From Bacilli bacterium (lineage in GTDB: Bacteria; Bacillota_I; Bacilli_A; RF39; UBA660): a stretch of DNA of 64,000 nt. The stretch is from assembly GCA_028694645.1 (NCBI GenBank), contig JAQVKM010000004.1, forward strand, positions 79,365 through 143,364, read 5' to 3'. Positions within the stretch are counted from its first letter, which is position 1. Every line of letters starts with the position of its first letter. A program made the translations under genes and the position numbers. Below, in pieces: positions 62,125-64,000 of this stretch. The notes under the pieces were generated by a model. The model was not told where the DNA came from. It was given only the letters and a program-made list of their open reading frames with translations, and made no database searches.

Positions 62125-62487
62125 ATGTTAGATATTTTAACTTGTACAGTTGGTGGAGTAGGAATGAGCAATGAAGCTTATGTAATAATTCCAAAAATTA
62201 CTGTTATGGTAGTTAATGTTATTAAAATCGTTATACCAATAATGTTAATAATATTTGGTATGCTTGATTTAGCTAAAGCTGTAATGACTAACGATGAAAA
62301 AGAAATGAAGGGTGCTCAAACAAAATTAATGAAAAGAGCAATCTATGCCGTTTTAGTATTCTTAGTTATCGCAATTGTACAATTATTGTTTGGCGCATTA
62401 GCTGGTTCTGCAGATAGTGATAGTGTTGATGGAAGTACTATTCAAGGATGTATCAGTTGTTTTGTTTCACAAACAAAAGATTGCTAA
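62125..62487 (+). CDS. membrane protein with TM-(D.K..K.A...LMKR)-TM module and Cys-rich tail
   Basis: AGGAGG RBS. The module is shared with the next two ORFs. Confidence 0.45.
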   Translation: MLDILTCTVGGVGMSNEAYVIIPKITVMVVNVIKIVIPIMLIIFGMLDLAKAVMTNDEKEMKGAQTKLMKRAIYAVLVFLVIAIVQLLFGALAGSADSDSVDGSTIQGCISCFVSQTKDC

Positions 62488-62584
62488 TATTAATATAGAA
62501 ATTATATGGAATTTATTCCATATTTTTTTTTATTATGATATAATGTATTTGTAAAAAAATATTTTTTAGCGTGGAGTGATATTT

Positions 62585-63637
62585 ATGAAAAAAATTATGT
62601 ATACATTTATATTAGTACTATTAGGATTTACATCTTTTAGTCATGTGAAAGCAGCGGCAATGTGTTCAACAAGGAATATAGATAGTTCAAAATGGTCTTA
62701 TGTTGAGACGATAACAAATAACAATCAACAATATTCAACAGTTGAAACATCAACTGAAAAAAGGGTTTGTTGTACAACAGGTTCTGGACAGACTTTACAA
62801 TATTATTGTGACAAATATTCTATTGTAGAAAATTATACTGCTCCTGAAGTTGAGGAAGAAATTACTTCCAATGATTTAGGAACATATGATATGCAATGTA
62901 ATACTATTAAGGGATTAGATTCAGAATGGAAATTTGATAAATGTGTTTGGTATTATCCTGCTTCTGCACCTTCTAATAAAGAAGTAATGGGTGTAGAAAA
63001 AGTATACTGTACAGTAGTTGGCTCAGGAGCAACTCAAAGAAGTCAATGTGATTATTTTACTTGGGAAGGGGATTTTGATTTTACTCAAAAACCAAGTAAT
63101 GCTATAGATACACCATTTGGAGCATGTGGAAATGTTGGTAATGATTGGACTTTTAATTATGCTATAACAAGTTCAACAAACATAACAACACAAACAGATA
63201 ATAGTAAAGTATGTTGTAATCAAACAGGAACTGGTGCAGGGACAACATACTTGTGTGATGTTTATGTAGATACTGAATATTATAATGATAAAAATGGTGA
63301 TGAAGATGAAGATATAGATACTTCTGTATGTTCAATTTTAGGTGGAGAAAACAGTGATACAATATTAATTATTAGAGAAATATATAATTATTTTACATGG
63401 ATCATCCCAGTATTAATAGTTGTTTTAAGTATTTTAGATTTTGTTAAAGTAATAGGCTCTGGGGATGACAAAGACTTAAAAGCTGCTGGAAACAATTTAA
63501 TAAAAAGAATTATAGTTGGGGTTGCTTTTTTCCTTGTTCCTTTATTAGTTAAATTATTTATTAATATTAGTGGAATTACTGAAAATATTACTGATGGAGA
63601 TAGTATTGTTGCAATAATAAGTTGCGTTTTAAAATAG
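62585..63637 (+). CDS. secreted Cys-rich repeat protein with C-terminal TM-(DDKDLKAAGNNLIKR)-TM module
   Basis: Signal peptide. Two copies of a VCC..G.G...Y.CD.Y repeat. C-terminal module as in the flanking ORFs. Confidence 0.5.
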   Translation: MKKIMYTFILVLLGFTSFSHVKAAAMCSTRNIDSSKWSYVETITNNNQQYSTVETSTEKRVCCTTGSGQTLQYYCDKYSIVENYTAPEVEEEITSNDLGTYDMQCNTIKGLDSEWKFDKCVWYYPASAPSNKEVMGVEKVYCTVVGSGATQRSQCDYFTWEGDFDFTQKPSNAIDTPFGACGNVGNDWTFNYAITSSTNITTQTDNSKVCCNQTGTGAGTTYLCDVYVDTEYYNDKNGDEDEDIDTSVCSILGGENSDTILIIREIYNYFTWIIPVLIVVLSILDFVKVIGSGDDKDLKAAGNNLIKRIIVGVAFFLVPLLVKLFINISGITENITDGDSIVAIISCVLK

Positions 63638-63648
63638 GAGATGATTAA

Positions 63649-64000
63649 ATGAACGATAAAGTAGGATTAGATATTATTAGATCAATATCTTCTGTTTTAG
63701 ATAAAGCAGTGTATTGGATAATAAGTATTGCATATGAAATAATAACTGAATTAGCACAAATAGATATATTTAAAGATACAACTGTTAGTGATTTTTCAAC
63801 AAGAATATATACTTTAATTGGTTTATTTATGATATTTAAAATATCGTTTGTATTAATCAATTATGTAATTAATCCGGGAAATATAACGGATAAAGAAAAA
63901 GGTGGAGCTAATTTAATCAAAAGAATTGTAATTACTTTTGTACTTATTATAATGGCCCCACAACTTTTTTCATTAATGACAAGAGCACAAAATGCTATAT
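63649..64000 (+). CDS. membrane protein carrying the same TM-(DKEKGGANLIKR)-TM module (3' end beyond window)
   Basis: ORF is open to the window end. GGAG RBS. Confidence 0.45.
   Translation, partial: MNDKVGLDIIRSISSVLDKAVYWIISIAYEIITELAQIDIFKDTTVSDFSTRIYTLIGLFMIFKISFVLINYVINPGNITDKEKGGANLIKRIVITFVLIIMAPQLFSLMTRAQNAI

Overview
Very AT-rich window from a low-GC, spore-forming, anaerobic Firmicute (Clostridia/Erysipelotrichia-like). The standard code is in use: Trp is TGG and TGA acts as a stop, for example at the spmA end. Coding is dense and almost all on the + strand. In order along the window: pyk (3' part), secA, then a ~6.5 kb accessory islet (3.8-10.3 kb) that begins with an 88-bp perfect duplication of the secA 3' end and terminator flanking a CYTH-like cassette. 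The islet also carries an HExxH protein, a HIT-like protein, an IS3-family insertion sequence disrupting a small ORF, a DUF3781 protein, an Lnu-like nucleotidyltransferase and a hydrolase-HAD fusion. Housekeeping and anaerobic metabolism follow: trpS with a Cys cluster, PFOR (nifJ), a trxB-like reductase, ArsR, a NifU-like protein, an S1 protein, desulfoferrodoxin, pflB-pflA, rplM-rpsI and uppP. A 12-tRNA cluster sits in three transcription units. Sporulation genes are present: cwlD and dacB-spmA-spmB. There is an Abi_2 abortive-infection gene, an orphan type IV prepilin-like gene, and a radical-SAM-centred four-gene cluster. A ~19 kb cell-surface glycan locus runs from 41.0 to 59.8 kb with Wzy/Wzx-like proteins, several GT2 enzymes, an ABC exporter, two GtrA/GtrB/GT-C-like modules, a GH25 muramidase and a complete ADP-heptose pathway (gmhA, GT9 heptosyltransferase, hldE, gmhB). 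The last ~4 kb (59.9-64.0 kb) is a locus of small Cys-containing membrane-anchored proteins with a degenerate ParA/TadZ-like protein. I regard this last locus as the best candidate for an undescribed pilus- or secretion-like system. No CRISPR array and no rRNA genes were seen.
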